This document shows positions 31,123-41,524 of a DNA stretch of 64,000 nucleotides, in pieces. Position numbers and translations under genes: made by a program. The first letter of the stretch is position 1. Each line of letters starts with the position of its first letter. The notes beneath the pieces were generated by a model that saw only the letters and a list, made by a program, of their open reading frames with translations, did not search any database and was not told the origin of the DNA. The DNA is from Candidatus Heimdallarchaeum endolithica (GTDB taxonomy: Archaea; Asgardarchaeota; Heimdallarchaeia; Heimdallarchaeales; Heimdallarchaeaceae): the NCBI GenBank assembly GCA_021513715.1, contig CP084167.1:3262784-3326783 (forward strand), given 5' to 3'.

Positions 31123-31620
31123 CTAGCTTTTTTCTTTTTCGAAATTGCTGATTATTTTTTCCAATACTTGTTCTATCTCTATTTTTGATTTAAGAGAAAG
31201 GAAATAATAATCAATATTGAATTTGTTTGCAATACTTGCCACTTCTTCTTCACTTATTTCATGGAAAGCTTCTAAGTCCTTTTTTGATCCAATAAAAATA
31301 ATATTCGGTATAAATTTAAGAGCTTCTGCTACTTCTTTTATCCACTTGTGAACATCTATAAATGAACTCCTTCTAGTGAGATCAAAAACAACAAAAATCA
31401 CATTGCTACCAATATAGTATGACTTTCTTATTTCAGTAAATCTTTGTTGAGCAGGTAAATCCCAAAGAGTTAAGTTATATTTTTCACCTTTTATTTCTAT
31501 AGAATAAGAAGCGATGTTCTGACCATATTCTTCTTTCCTTACTTCAGTTGTTAGAGTTCTTAGTAACTCTGTTTTTCCTACTCCTGCCTCACCGACGATA
31601 CAAATCTTAAGATTATGCAT
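31123..31620 (-). CDS. Rab/Ras-like small GTPase (degenerate G3-G5)
   Basis: GEAGVGKT, WDLPAQQRF, YYIGS, VFDLT, GSKKDL, LSLK. Confidence 0.85.
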   Translation of the reverse strand: MHNLKICIVGEAGVGKTELLRTLTTEVRKEEYGQNIASYSIEIKGEKYNLTLWDLPAQQRFTEIRKSYYIGSNVIFVVFDLTRRSSFIDVHKWIKEVAEALKFIPNIIFIGSKKDLEAFHEISEEEVASIANKFNIDYYFLSLKSKIEIEQVLEKIISNFEKEKS

Positions 31621-31702
31621 TAATAGATACTTCTTTTTACTACAAAAAAAAGCTTTTGTATCAATTTGTCACCTTGTTTAAATTTTCAAATATGGTTATT
31701 TG

Positions 31703-32341
31703 TTATTTTTTTATTCCTTGAAAAAGGATTGTGAGTATTTCTCTTATGTTCTCTTCAATCTCATTGTTTTCAATTTTAAATCCTTTTTCTAAATATCCTG
31801 TTGCTCCTAAAGCTGGTCTAGAAGAAGATATGAAAAGAAAAGCTAGAGTTTTAGCTCTTACATCTTGTCTTATTTTTCCTTTTTCTTGACATATTCTAAA
31901 AAACTCTGTAAGTTTCTCTAGGGCAATTGTAGATTGGGCAAGTTCTTCGAATATAGGTCTTAATTCAGGATTGTGAAATTCTTTATACAATATAAGTAAA
32001 ATTTTTCTAAATTTCAAGGCAAAATTCCAAAATTCAAGACTAACTTTATATAGAGTTTCATAAGGATTTTCTGATAATTCATCAATTTTTTCTCCAAATT
32101 GTGTCCACATCTTGTTGGATAGTTCTATTCCTGTTTTAATTATAGTTTCAAAAATCTCTGTTTTATTTCTAAAATACTTGTAAACCAAAGCTTCTGAAAC
32201 CCCTTCTTCTTCTGCTATATCTTTCATAGTTGTGTAGGCTACTCCTTTTTTAGAAAATAGTTCAATAGCTGTACGCAGAATTCTCTCTTTTCTTTCTTCT
32301 TTCTTAAGCCATTTATGCTCTTCCTTTTTGTTTTTACGCAT
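31703..32341 (-). CDS. TetR/AcrR family transcriptional regulator
   Basis: RILRTAIELFSKKG..TTMKDIAEEEGVSEALVYKYFRNK. Confidence 0.93.
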   Translation of the reverse strand: MRKNKKEEHKWLKKEERKERILRTAIELFSKKGVAYTTMKDIAEEEGVSEALVYKYFRNKTEIFETIIKTGIELSNKMWTQFGEKIDELSENPYETLYKVSLEFWNFALKFRKILLILYKEFHNPELRPIFEELAQSTIALEKLTEFFRICQEKGKIRQDVRAKTLAFLFISSSRPALGATGYLEKGFKIENNEIEENIREILTILFQGIKK

Positions 32342-32349
32342 TTAATCAC

Positions 32350-32373
32350 AAAAGTGAGTATTTACTAACTTTT
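32350..32373. promoter_or_regulatory. Putative TetR operator palindrome beside a TATA-like box in the divergent tetR/ABC promoter
   Basis: AAAAGTGAGTA-TT-TACTAACTTTT (10/11 inverted match) 9 bp upstream of the tetR ATG, abutting TTTATATA at 32371-78. Confidence 0.6.
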
Positions 32374-32443
32374 ATATATTCTTTAATGGATATAAATTTA
32401 ACTATAAATGAAATACAATTTTTGAATCAGTAAAAGAGGAATA

Positions 32444-35400
32444 ATGATGGATTACATTAATAGCTTACTAACAAAGACGTTTAGGCGCAGAATAGGAAAA
32501 AATGTAGGAACAATGATAGGTATTGCTCTTTCTGTGAGTTTGATGCTAGGAGTACAAATAACAATTACAAGTTTTTCAACTAAAGCTTTGGGCTTTTTTA
32601 CTGAGGCTATTGGTGAAAATGATATTATTATTCAAAATTTTGGTTTTCCAATTGAAAATTACCAGGAGATAATAGAAAAAATAGATAACTCTTCCATTCA
32701 GTATGCTGCAATAAATTGGAGAGTTTCTCAAGATGTAGCTGTTTATAACCTTGAGAAAGGTTATCTGGAAAAGGGAGTGAGTTTTGTTGGTGTAGAACTA
32801 GATGAGGATCCAATTTTTGGTAGATTTTATCACCCTGATGGTGAAATAGAATATACAAAAGAAGAGTTAGAACAAATTTTTTCAGATAACACAAGTGTTC
32901 TAGTTGGTAAATACTTGTTCGATGACATGGATTTAAGGATTAATCAAACTATTAAAATTAGAATTGGGGAACTACAAGGATTACAATTTAATTATAAAAC
33001 TTATGACCTTAAAGTTGCAGGATATATTGCTGATAAAGAAAAGGGAAAAGAGAGTGGTGGGAGAGTTTTATGGACTTCTATAGATAATATACGTTCAATA
33101 ATTGGTGTGGGCAATAATTCAGTCACTGAAATAAATATCTCTCTCAGTTCTAATCATGATGAACAACCTGTATCAAAAGATTACGCTTGTGAAGTTGAAG
33201 CACAGTTAAAAGAAATACTAGATGTTGAAAACACAGGCTTACTAGTTATTGCTTTTAGAGCTTTAGTTTTAGACACAGCAGATAAAATAATTAAAGACGT
33301 GCTTATAGCCTTTAACTTGTTTGGTGCTCTAATAATCTTTTCTGGAGTACTATTATTAGTAAATATCCAGCTAATTCAAGTAGAAGATAGAATGCAACAA
33401 TTAGGAGTATTAAGAGCTATAGGATCAAAGAGAAAAGAAATTATTAGACTGTTTCTTATGGAATCAGCCATTTTAGGTTTTATAGGTTCACTCCTTGGTT
33501 TAGGTGGAGGATATGCAATGTCTATTTTCCTAGTTTGGAGAATAGGAATAACTTTCTTTAACACTACTGTTTTTCTCACTCCAATTGTCACAGGTTCTGC
33601 AGTGTTATACTCGTTCATTGTTGGTTTCACATTAGCTATTGGAGCAGGATTGTTACCAGCAATAAGGGCAAGTAGAGTTGATCCGATAGAGGTGATCAGA
33701 GGAATTAAAAAAGTGAAAGAGAGGAGAATGGGAACGGGCATTTTAGTTCTCGGGATTTCTTTGATTTTAATTGGAGTAAGCACTTTTGCTACTCAACTAG
33801 CTGTTGGTGATAGTTTCTTTTCTATTCAAGGTTGGAATACTGCAAATGAGCAATGGACTTTTATGGGCGCAGTAGGCGGAATATTGTTGGGTTTAAGTGT
33901 CTTGACAGCTTTTCTTGTTTCAAGGAAAGTAATGGGGAACTCTATAGGTTTTTCTCTTATCACAATTGCTATCTCAATGTTACTATTCGCTCTACCTCAG
34001 CTAAAAGATGTAGCTGATAATAATAAGATCCTTATAACTTGTGTTGTATTATTAGCTTTAGGAACAATTATCTTAGTTGGAGTAAATCTCAAATTTGTTA
34101 CAGACCTAGTAACAACAATTTTATACAAGACAAAAATAAAGAAAGGAGTTTCATTAATTTCAGCTAAATATATGACCTCAAAAACTATGAGAAGCACATT
34201 GACTTTTGGAATATTTACATTAGTGTTGACAATGAACATTTTTGCTTCAATATATCAAGCTACTTTTTCGTATAACACTTTAGAGTCAGTAGAATTTCTA
34301 AGTGGAGGTGCTTCAATATATGTGGAGTTAGATACTCCTATTCAAAATGATTCGTTAGTGGATGTGGAAAGAGATTTACCTAAAGTAGATCCTTCAATAG
34401 AATACGTAAAAGGAATAAACACAACAATTTCACTCTTACAAGCAGATCCTTCAGCTAAATTGTCAATTCCCTCAGAAATATTTGCAGCTTATATACAGTT
34501 GATATATAATGACACATTCAAGAACGGTTCAAAATATGTTTTCGACTTTATGATTGAACAAAGCATTGGAAAATTCAATGAAGAATACAAACCTGCAGCT
34601 TCAGAAGAGTATCAACGTAGATACAGCCACAAGATTTGGGACTTATTCTACAATAGAACGAGATTTAATAGAGATGGAGAAAAGGATCCTAATGGGTTAC
34701 CAGCAGTTATTTCTACAAATCCTATTCTTAAACCTGGAGACGTTTTCAATATTACTGGTCTTTTCAAGCCTCCAATTGAAGTAATTGTTTTGGCAAATAT
34801 TAGACAATATCCTTTCTCTATTAATTCAGGTTTTCCAATTTTGCTTGTTACTCCTGACCTTTTACCATTTTTGAGTTATAATTTTGCTATATTGCCTAAA
34901 TACACTAATTTTCTAGTGAAAACAAGCGAAAACTTTAGAAATGGTAGAAATTCTGAGATTGCAAATAAAATTGAAACATTCTTTAATGGAAATGAGTCGA
35001 TATTAATAAAAAATAATGATTTTGTGGCAGCTTCTGCATATAATGTTTGGGAAGAGATGTTAGAACAAGTAGATTTTCAAGTTAGAACTTTTGATTTTAT
35101 GCAAATATTTGTAAGCTTTGGACTAGTTGTTGGAGCTATAGGAATGATAATTATCGCTATCCGCAACGTCTCTGAACGAAAAAGAGAGATAGGAATGATG
35201 AGAGCAATAGGTTATAAGAAATCGCAAATAATTCTTTCAATCTCTCTAGAACTCTTTATTTTAGCAGGATTAGGGTTATTTATAGGATTAATCAACAGTA
35301 TTGTTCTAGGAGCTACTTTTGCCCGATTATATGATTGGTATCTTATAATCCCAATAGGAAGAGTGTTACTTTATACAGCTGTGATGATTGGAATTGCTTT

Positions 35401-35473
35401 TCTTGCTTCAATTATTCCAGGTATAAGATCTAGTAGAATTACTCCTGCTGAAGCTTTAAGGTATGTGGGGTGA
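32444..35473 (+). CDS. ABC transporter permease, duplicated MacB/FtsX-type
   Basis: Two FtsX-like repeats (DRMQQLGVLRAIG; ERKREIGMMRAIG..PAEALRY). Confidence 0.92.
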   Translation: MMDYINSLLTKTFRRRIGKNVGTMIGIALSVSLMLGVQITITSFSTKALGFFTEAIGENDIIIQNFGFPIENYQEIIEKIDNSSIQYAAINWRVSQDVAVYNLEKGYLEKGVSFVGVELDEDPIFGRFYHPDGEIEYTKEELEQIFSDNTSVLVGKYLFDDMDLRINQTIKIRIGELQGLQFNYKTYDLKVAGYIADKEKGKESGGRVLWTSIDNIRSIIGVGNNSVTEINISLSSNHDEQPVSKDYACEVEAQLKEILDVENTGLLVIAFRALVLDTADKIIKDVLIAFNLFGALIIFSGVLLLVNIQLIQVEDRMQQLGVLRAIGSKRKEIIRLFLMESAILGFIGSLLGLGGGYAMSIFLVWRIGITFFNTTVFLTPIVTGSAVLYSFIVGFTLAIGAGLLPAIRASRVDPIEVIRGIKKVKERRMGTGILVLGISLILIGVSTFATQLAVGDSFFSIQGWNTANEQWTFMGAVGGILLGLSVLTAFLVSRKVMGNSIGFSLITIAISMLLFALPQLKDVADNNKILITCVVLLALGTIILVGVNLKFVTDLVTTILYKTKIKKGVSLISAKYMTSKTMRSTLTFGIFTLVLTMNIFASIYQATFSYNTLESVEFLSGGASIYVELDTPIQNDSLVDVERDLPKVDPSIEYVKGINTTISLLQADPSAKLSIPSEIFAAYIQLIYNDTFKNGSKYVFDFMIEQSIGKFNEEYKPAASEEYQRRYSHKIWDLFYNRTRFNRDGEKDPNGLPAVISTNPILKPGDVFNITGLFKPPIEVIVLANIRQYPFSINSGFPILLVTPDLLPFLSYNFAILPKYTNFLVKTSENFRNGRNSEIANKIETFFNGNESILIKNNDFVAASAYNVWEEMLEQVDFQVRTFDFMQIFVSFGLVVGAIGMIIIAIRNVSERKREIGMMRAIGYKKSQIILSISLELFILAGLGLFIGLINSIVLGATFARLYDWYLIIPIGRVLLYTAVMIGIAFLASIIPGIRSSRITPAEALRYVG

Positions 35474-35478
35474 TGTGA

Positions 35479-36180
35479 ATGGGTGATGAAATAATATTAA
35501 AAACTGAAAATCTGGGCAAAATTTATGCTGAGGGGACACCTATGGAAGTTCATGCTCTTCGAGGAATCAATATAGAAATAAAACGCGGAGAAATGGTTGC
35601 TATTATGGGTCCTTCAGGATGTGGAAAAACTACCCTGTTAAACCTTATTGGAGGAATAGATAAACCCACATATGGAAAAATTATAATTGAAGGGAAAGAT
35701 ATTTCGACACTTACAGATGAAGAAATGACAGAATTTAGACTATTTAATATAGGGTATATTTTTCAGCTGTTTAACCTCTTCGATTTCTTAACAGCTTTAG
35801 AAAATACAGTTTTACCTTTATTGTTAACTAATACTAGTAGGTTTGAAGCTGAAGAAGAAGCAAAAATGATGTTAAGACAAATGGGTTTAGGGGATAAACT
35901 TAACCATCTTCCTTCTGAACTTAGTGGGGGAGAACAGCAGAGAGTAGCAGTATCAAGAGCATTACTCATGAATCCTGCAATTATTTTAGGAGATGAGCCT
36001 ACTGGGGATCTCGATGAAATGACTTCAAAAGATATCATGGACCTCTTTAGAAGTATAAATGAAAATTTCAAGCAAACTTTCATAGTGGTTACACATAGTA
36101 AATACATTGCTGAATTCTGTGATAGAACTATTCGTATAATAGATGGTCAAATTGTAGATGACGGGTATGGTGGGAAATAA
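35479..36180 (+). CDS. ABC ATP-binding protein (LolD/MacB-like)
   Basis: [24 protein letters not shown]. Confidence 0.95.
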   Translation: MGDEIILKTENLGKIYAEGTPMEVHALRGINIEIKRGEMVAIMGPSGCGKTTLLNLIGGIDKPTYGKIIIEGKDISTLTDEEMTEFRLFNIGYIFQLFNLFDFLTALENTVLPLLLTNTSRFEAEEEAKMMLRQMGLGDKLNHLPSELSGGEQQRVAVSRALLMNPAIILGDEPTGDLDEMTSKDIMDLFRSINENFKQTFIVVTHSKYIAEFCDRTIRIIDGQIVDDGYGGK

Positions 36181-38051
36181 TGAGTAAAGCAAGAAACAAA
36201 CAAGCTAATTCAACTTATAAAGAAGCCATATTCTCTGCAGGATTATTGATAAACAAACTCGATAGAGACTCACTTAAGGATTTAAAAAGATCTTTGAGAA
36301 GATTCATAGTTAGGAAATGTAAGGCAAATGAATTTGAAATTAAAGAAATTAATACATTCTTATTTGTTAATGCTTCTTTTTCTCCAAACTTAATTAGTAA
36401 TGCTGAAAGTCGTATTAGAATAGAAAATGGTGTAAAGGATATAATTATTAATTATGCTTTAAAAGAAAATAACAAGTTTTCTAGGCAAATTGCAAAAAAT
36501 ATCGAAATAAAAGACATTTCACAAATTTTACTAGATTTAATAAACAATTCTAATTCACCAAAAAAGAAACAATTGATTGAAACAGTAATAAGAAGAGGAA
36601 AAGAGATTCAGCAACGTTCCATTGTTCATGTAACAAATGTTATTCTTAATTCATTCATTTTGTCATGGGATAAAGAAGATTATAAAATTATTTTTCCAGA
36701 TGAACATGTAGAAAGAAAAGAAATAAGTGCAGATGTTTTTGGTACATTTCAAAGTTTGTTAGAAAATCTTTCAGTAATACAATATGCTTATATTTCAATG
36801 GAAAATCTCAGCTGGATAATTGGTTCCTATGAATATGCTCTAGACAATTTGTATGAGCTGATATCTGACCTTTCTAAAGAAATTAAAACTTCTCCTACAA
36901 TCTCTAAATCTTTTTGGAGGGCTTTGAGAGTAATTTTTGGGTTGTTATCAACAACTCAGCAAATCCTATCAGACTTGTTGAAGCAACTAAATAAATTTGT
37001 TGAGATAAAAGAAGAATTTAAGAAACAATTTAAACAGTTGAATTTTTACTCTCTTACTGCTATATTGAAAAAATACAATATTGAAAATGAAACAGCTGAT
37101 TTTATTGTTTGGGTCAGTCAATTACTTCAAAATACAAAGATGACCTATAGTCTACTTTTGGACTTGATTAATTGCTGTAAGACTTCAGAAAAAATGGAAA
37201 TGAAAAATATAGAACTCATTATCTCAAATTTCGGATGGGTTCTTGCAGATATTCAAACAATGAAATTTTTTACTGAAAAATTTAGAGATATAACTTTCTT
37301 TCAATCTTTTCCACCTGAAATAGTTGTAGAAACAAAGAAAGAAATGCGTTTACCTGAAGATGTAGTAATTAAAGGCGTTAGTTTGTTCAAAACTTATAGA
37401 TTATTTGGTTCTACTGTCTATGCTTTAAGAGGAATAGATATTGAAGTATGTAAAGGAGAAATGGTAGCTATTTTAGGTCCTTCAGGTAGTGGTAAAACCA
37501 CTTTGTTAAATCTTTTAGCTGGGCTTGATTCACCTGATAATGGGGCAATATTCTTTAAAGGTAAAAATATACATTTAATGCCTGATTCTGTTTTCTCCAT
37601 GTACAGAAGGAAAGACATGGGTTTTATTTTTCAGTACTACAATCTTATCCCACAATTGACAGTATTAGAAAATGTAATGCTACCAGGATTGATGGTAGGT
37701 AAAACAGCGAAAGAGGTTAAACAAAAAGCTATAGAATTGCTTAAAATAGTGGGTATTGAGCGTTTTAAGAACCAGTTTCCTATTAAGTTGTCTGGAGGAC
37801 AAATGCAGAGAGTAACAATAGCAAGATCAATGATAAACGACCCTGTACTACTTTTTGCTGATGAACCTACTGGAGATTTGGACAATGCTACAGGAAAAAT
37901 AGTCGTTGATCTTATTCATCGTTTTTCTAAAGAAAAAGGGACTGCTGTGATTTTTGTTACTCATGATGAAGAAATGGCTAAAAAGTGTGATAGAATAATC
38001 AGAATTAGAGATGGAAGAATACATTCAGAAGAAATAATTAAAAAGAATTAA
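36180..38051 (+). CDS. ABC ATP-binding protein with ~390-aa N-terminal helical extension
   Basis: C-terminal GPSGSGKT, LSGGQMQR, DEPTG; N-terminus not recognised. Confidence 0.88.
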   Translation: MSKARNKQANSTYKEAIFSAGLLINKLDRDSLKDLKRSLRRFIVRKCKANEFEIKEINTFLFVNASFSPNLISNAESRIRIENGVKDIIINYALKENNKFSRQIAKNIEIKDISQILLDLINNSNSPKKKQLIETVIRRGKEIQQRSIVHVTNVILNSFILSWDKEDYKIIFPDEHVERKEISADVFGTFQSLLENLSVIQYAYISMENLSWIIGSYEYALDNLYELISDLSKEIKTSPTISKSFWRALRVIFGLLSTTQQILSDLLKQLNKFVEIKEEFKKQFKQLNFYSLTAILKKYNIENETADFIVWVSQLLQNTKMTYSLLLDLINCCKTSEKMEMKNIELIISNFGWVLADIQTMKFFTEKFRDITFFQSFPPEIVVETKKEMRLPEDVVIKGVSLFKTYRLFGSTVYALRGIDIEVCKGEMVAILGPSGSGKTTLLNLLAGLDSPDNGAIFFKGKNIHLMPDSVFSMYRRKDMGFIFQYYNLIPQLTVLENVMLPGLMVGKTAKEVKQKAIELLKIVGIERFKNQFPIKLSGGQMQRVTIARSMINDPVLLFADEPTGDLDNATGKIVVDLIHRFSKEKGTAVIFVTHDEEMAKKCDRIIRIRDGRIHSEEIIKKN

Positions 38052-38065
38052 ATTAATTTTAGTAT

Positions 38066-38536
38066 ATGTCTGAAAAAGAGTTGAAAACATACATCAAAAT
38101 AATAGAAAAAAGTTACTCTTCTTTTAGAGAACATGTGGAAAACTTTCCTGAAGAAGCTCTAGATTGGAAAATAAATGATTTTTCTGGTTCTCCGAGATGG
38201 ATTATCAGTCATGTGATAAAAGATCAATATCCATTTACTGATTTTATAGTAAAAGGAAAAACTTCTAGTTCTCAACTAAAAATAGAAGAAATAAAAGGAG
38301 ATATTAGTAATATCCTAAAAAAATATGATAAAATGGTAAAAGATACAGTTGAATCTATGCAAAGTCTAAAAGAGGAAGATCTAACTTTAATAAGAGAAAT
38401 GAAAAATTATAAGCTTTCAGTAGAAGAGTTGCTATTTGAATTTATATATCATATTAATCATCATTGTGGACAACTAGCAATGATTTTAGGTACGTGGAAA
38501 AGATCAAAGAAAGCAGAAAATAGTAAGAAAAACTGA
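38066..38536 (+). CDS. DinB/YfiT family protein
   Basis: SPRWIISH and HINHHCGQL metal-binding His motifs. Confidence 0.85.
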   Translation: MSEKELKTYIKIIEKSYSSFREHVENFPEEALDWKINDFSGSPRWIISHVIKDQYPFTDFIVKGKTSSSQLKIEEIKGDISNILKKYDKMVKDTVESMQSLKEEDLTLIREMKNYKLSVEELLFEFIYHINHHCGQLAMILGTWKRSKKAENSKKN

Positions 38537-38592
38537 CAAAGAGATTTGTTAACAAAATTTATTATCTCATTTAATTAACCTTGAAAATATAA

Positions 38593-39576
38593 ATGGACAA
38601 ACAACAACTAATTTTTGATTGTGTTAACAATATTCATGCATATGTTGTCATAGTAGGAAAAGAAGGTAATGTTATTTTTGCTAACAAGAAAGCATTAAAT
38701 CTCTTTTATATTGATCAAGAAACAATACGTGATAAACAATTTTATGATATGCTAAAAGAAAGTGATACTAGTCAAAGAAATGTTGATTTTTATCTTTCTT
38801 TCAAGAAACTTTTCCAAGCTCCTCAAACTGATTCATTTTTAGAAACTACTCATACTAAAAAATATGGTCTTACTACAATAATATGGTCAGCTAAAACTGT
38901 TGATGATTATACTTACTATACTGGTTATGATTTTTCAATTTTTAAAAAAATAGAGGAAGAAATGAGAACCAGTTTTGAAAAGTACAAAATAATATTTAAC
39001 AACAGTTTAAATGCAATGTATTTAGTTAAAATCACAAAAGAACATCCAGAAGGGATTTTTATTGATGTAAATAAAATAGCCTGTAAACAAACAGGATATT
39101 CAGTAGAAGAAATCCTAAATTTTCAACCTAAATCATTTTTTAAAGATTCGTACAATTATATTTTCTTATCTAATAGTGAATGGAATCATACTTTTGTAGA
39201 AGAACAGCATACAAAAGAAGGAAAGTCCTTTCCAATCAGAATTATTGCAAAAAAAATAAAGATTCAGGGTGAACTATTTATTTTGATTGTTGTTCAAGAT
39301 ATCACAAAAGAGAAAAAAGAATTAGATCTGATGCATACTCTGATGAATAAATTAGAAGAAGAAATTTATCGTTATTTAATTTTAATTGATAAAATAAGAA
39401 ATCCACTAACAGTTATTTCAGCTCTTGCTGACTTAGGAAAAACAAAATATTCAGAAAAAATAATTAGTAAAGTAAATGAAATAAGTGAAATCTTATCAGA
39501 AATAGATGATTCATTGATAATTACAGAAAAGTTAAGAAATAAGATATTAAAGTATATTTCTGAATATCTTGAATAA
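38593..39576 (+). CDS. PAS-domain protein ending in a degenerate HisKA-like helix
   Basis: Two PAS-like repeats (FANKKA; VNKIAC..TGYSVEE..VQDITKEK); DKIRNPL; no HATPase domain. Confidence 0.8.
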   Translation: MDKQQLIFDCVNNIHAYVVIVGKEGNVIFANKKALNLFYIDQETIRDKQFYDMLKESDTSQRNVDFYLSFKKLFQAPQTDSFLETTHTKKYGLTTIIWSAKTVDDYTYYTGYDFSIFKKIEEEMRTSFEKYKIIFNNSLNAMYLVKITKEHPEGIFIDVNKIACKQTGYSVEEILNFQPKSFFKDSYNYIFLSNSEWNHTFVEEQHTKEGKSFPIRIIAKKIKIQGELFILIVVQDITKEKKELDLMHTLMNKLEEEIYRYLILIDKIRNPLTVISALADLGKTKYSEKIISKVNEISEILSEIDDSLIITEKLRNKILKYISEYLE

Positions 39577-39648
39577 AATTAAAATCTTAAGAGAATAAAA
39601 TTAATAAATTATATGAAAGTAATGTAGTTAGCTAAATTTTATCCACTT

Positions 39649-40335
39649 TTACAATTCTTGTGATTTGAGCTTTGTTAGAATTATTTCTCTTTCTGTGTAT
39701 TTTGAAGCTTCAGGATCATGTGTAGCTATTAACAGAGTTTTGTTGAAATGATCACACAAATCAGAAAGATATTGATAAACAACTTGAGAATTCTCTAAAT
39801 CTAAATTTCCTGTAGGTTCATCAGCAAGGATAATATCTGGATTGTTAGCAAGAGCTACAGCAATTGCTACACGTTGTTGCTCTCCTCCACTTAAAAATGC
39901 AGGTTTTTGATTAAGATAACGTTGTATATCCAATAGTTCTACAAGTTCATTAATTCTCTCTTTTCGTTCTCTTCTTTCTTTTTTTGCCAAAACCATTGGA
40001 AATTCTATATTTTCTTCAATTGTCAAAAAAGGAGCTAAATTGAAGGATTGATAAACAAGACCTACCTTTTTGCATCTGTATTCAGCAAGTTGATCTTCGT
40101 TGTAGTCAACTATATTTCTTCCTTCGACAAGTATTTTCCCAGCAGTAGGTTTAAGGATTCCAGCTAGGCAATGTAACAATGTTGTTTTCCCAAGTCCTGA
40201 TTTTCCTCTGATTGCTACCTTTTCTCCTTTATTTATCTTAAAACTTATTCCAGGTAGTGCAACAGTTTCGACTTTTCCTTTATACACATGTATTAAGTCG
40301 ATTACTCTAATTATTGGTTCTTTTTTCTGATTCAT
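39649..40335 (-). CDS. ABC ATP-binding protein (LolD-like)
   Basis: [24 protein letters not shown]. Confidence 0.95.
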   Translation of the reverse strand: MNQKKEPIIRVIDLIHVYKGKVETVALPGISFKINKGEKVAIRGKSGLGKTTLLHCLAGILKPTAGKILVEGRNIVDYNEDQLAEYRCKKVGLVYQSFNLAPFLTIEENIEFPMVLAKKERRERKERINELVELLDIQRYLNQKPAFLSGGEQQRVAIAVALANNPDIILADEPTGNLDLENSQVVYQYLSDLCDHFNKTLLIATHDPEASKYTEREIILTKLKSQEL

Positions 40336-41524
40336 TTATAACTTCCTCTTTTCTATTTTTGAAACAAAGTGGTTTACTCCCTTTAATCTAAAAGAGAGAT
40401 AGTAAATGGCTTCCAATATTGTTAAAATAAAAATTAAGATAGTTGGTAAAATAAGCGCAAAAATTGAATTCCTATAAATAAAAGGTAATCCATAAGAAGA
40501 ATTTAAGATAATTAAAATTATTTTAGTGAAAAAGAATGCGCCAAGTTGAGATAAACTAAATAAGATAGCAATTGTTAGAAAATACCAACTAAAACTATTG
40601 AAAATCTCTTTTTTCTTTTTTAATCCTCTGATATTAAGATAAGAAAAATTGTTTTTATTGCTTTTTTGAACATCTGCAAAAATTAAACTTAAGATTATTG
40701 CTAATGTAACTTCAGCTAAAATAACAGGAAGATTAAGAATGTTTATTAAATATGATTCATTGTAATCTGTCTCTGTAATTGTAGAATTATGAATGAGAGA
40801 GTATTCTATTCCTAATTCATTTAATTTTGTTATAAATTCGTCTCCTTCTTCTTGATCAATTATACTAACGTATGTAATAATGTAATTTTTTAAATTTTCA
40901 AATGTACTGTTGTCCCATTTAGATAGAATCCAATTACCTTGGAAAGAGACAAAGAAAGGTAGAAATTGAGCAATGTCTAATAAAACCTTAGTTTTATAAT
41001 TTACATCACGATAATTCTGTGAATAAGGAACTAATATTTTATCGCCTACTGTAAGATAGTGTTCTTTGGCATAAGAAATTGAAGTAATAGCAAAATCAGA
41101 TGTTTCATTAAGCTTTAAAAATACTTCACGATTCTTTAATTCTTGAAAATATTCTGAAATATAATATGCATTTTCATAAAATTTTATCGGGTCAGAAATT
41201 TCAATACTGAATATTAGTTGTCCTTCAATAATAGAGGTACTTACAAAAGAAAGAATATAATTGTTTGATTCAGTAATATTGATTACTTTTTCTATATCAT
41301 CAGTGTTGACAGCAAAAGAGAGCGCCCCAACTCTTGTTGAAAGATTTAATTGTTCTTGATGTATTTTCAATGAAGAATGAGATGAAGAGAGAATAGTGCT
41401 AAAAAGCATAATTAAGAAAATTATGTTTACATATCTTTTCTTATTTTTTAAGACTTGAATAAATGATCTTAATAAAAATAAGTGAATTTCACTGAAATAA
41501 GAAAAAACTTTTCCTATAATTTTA

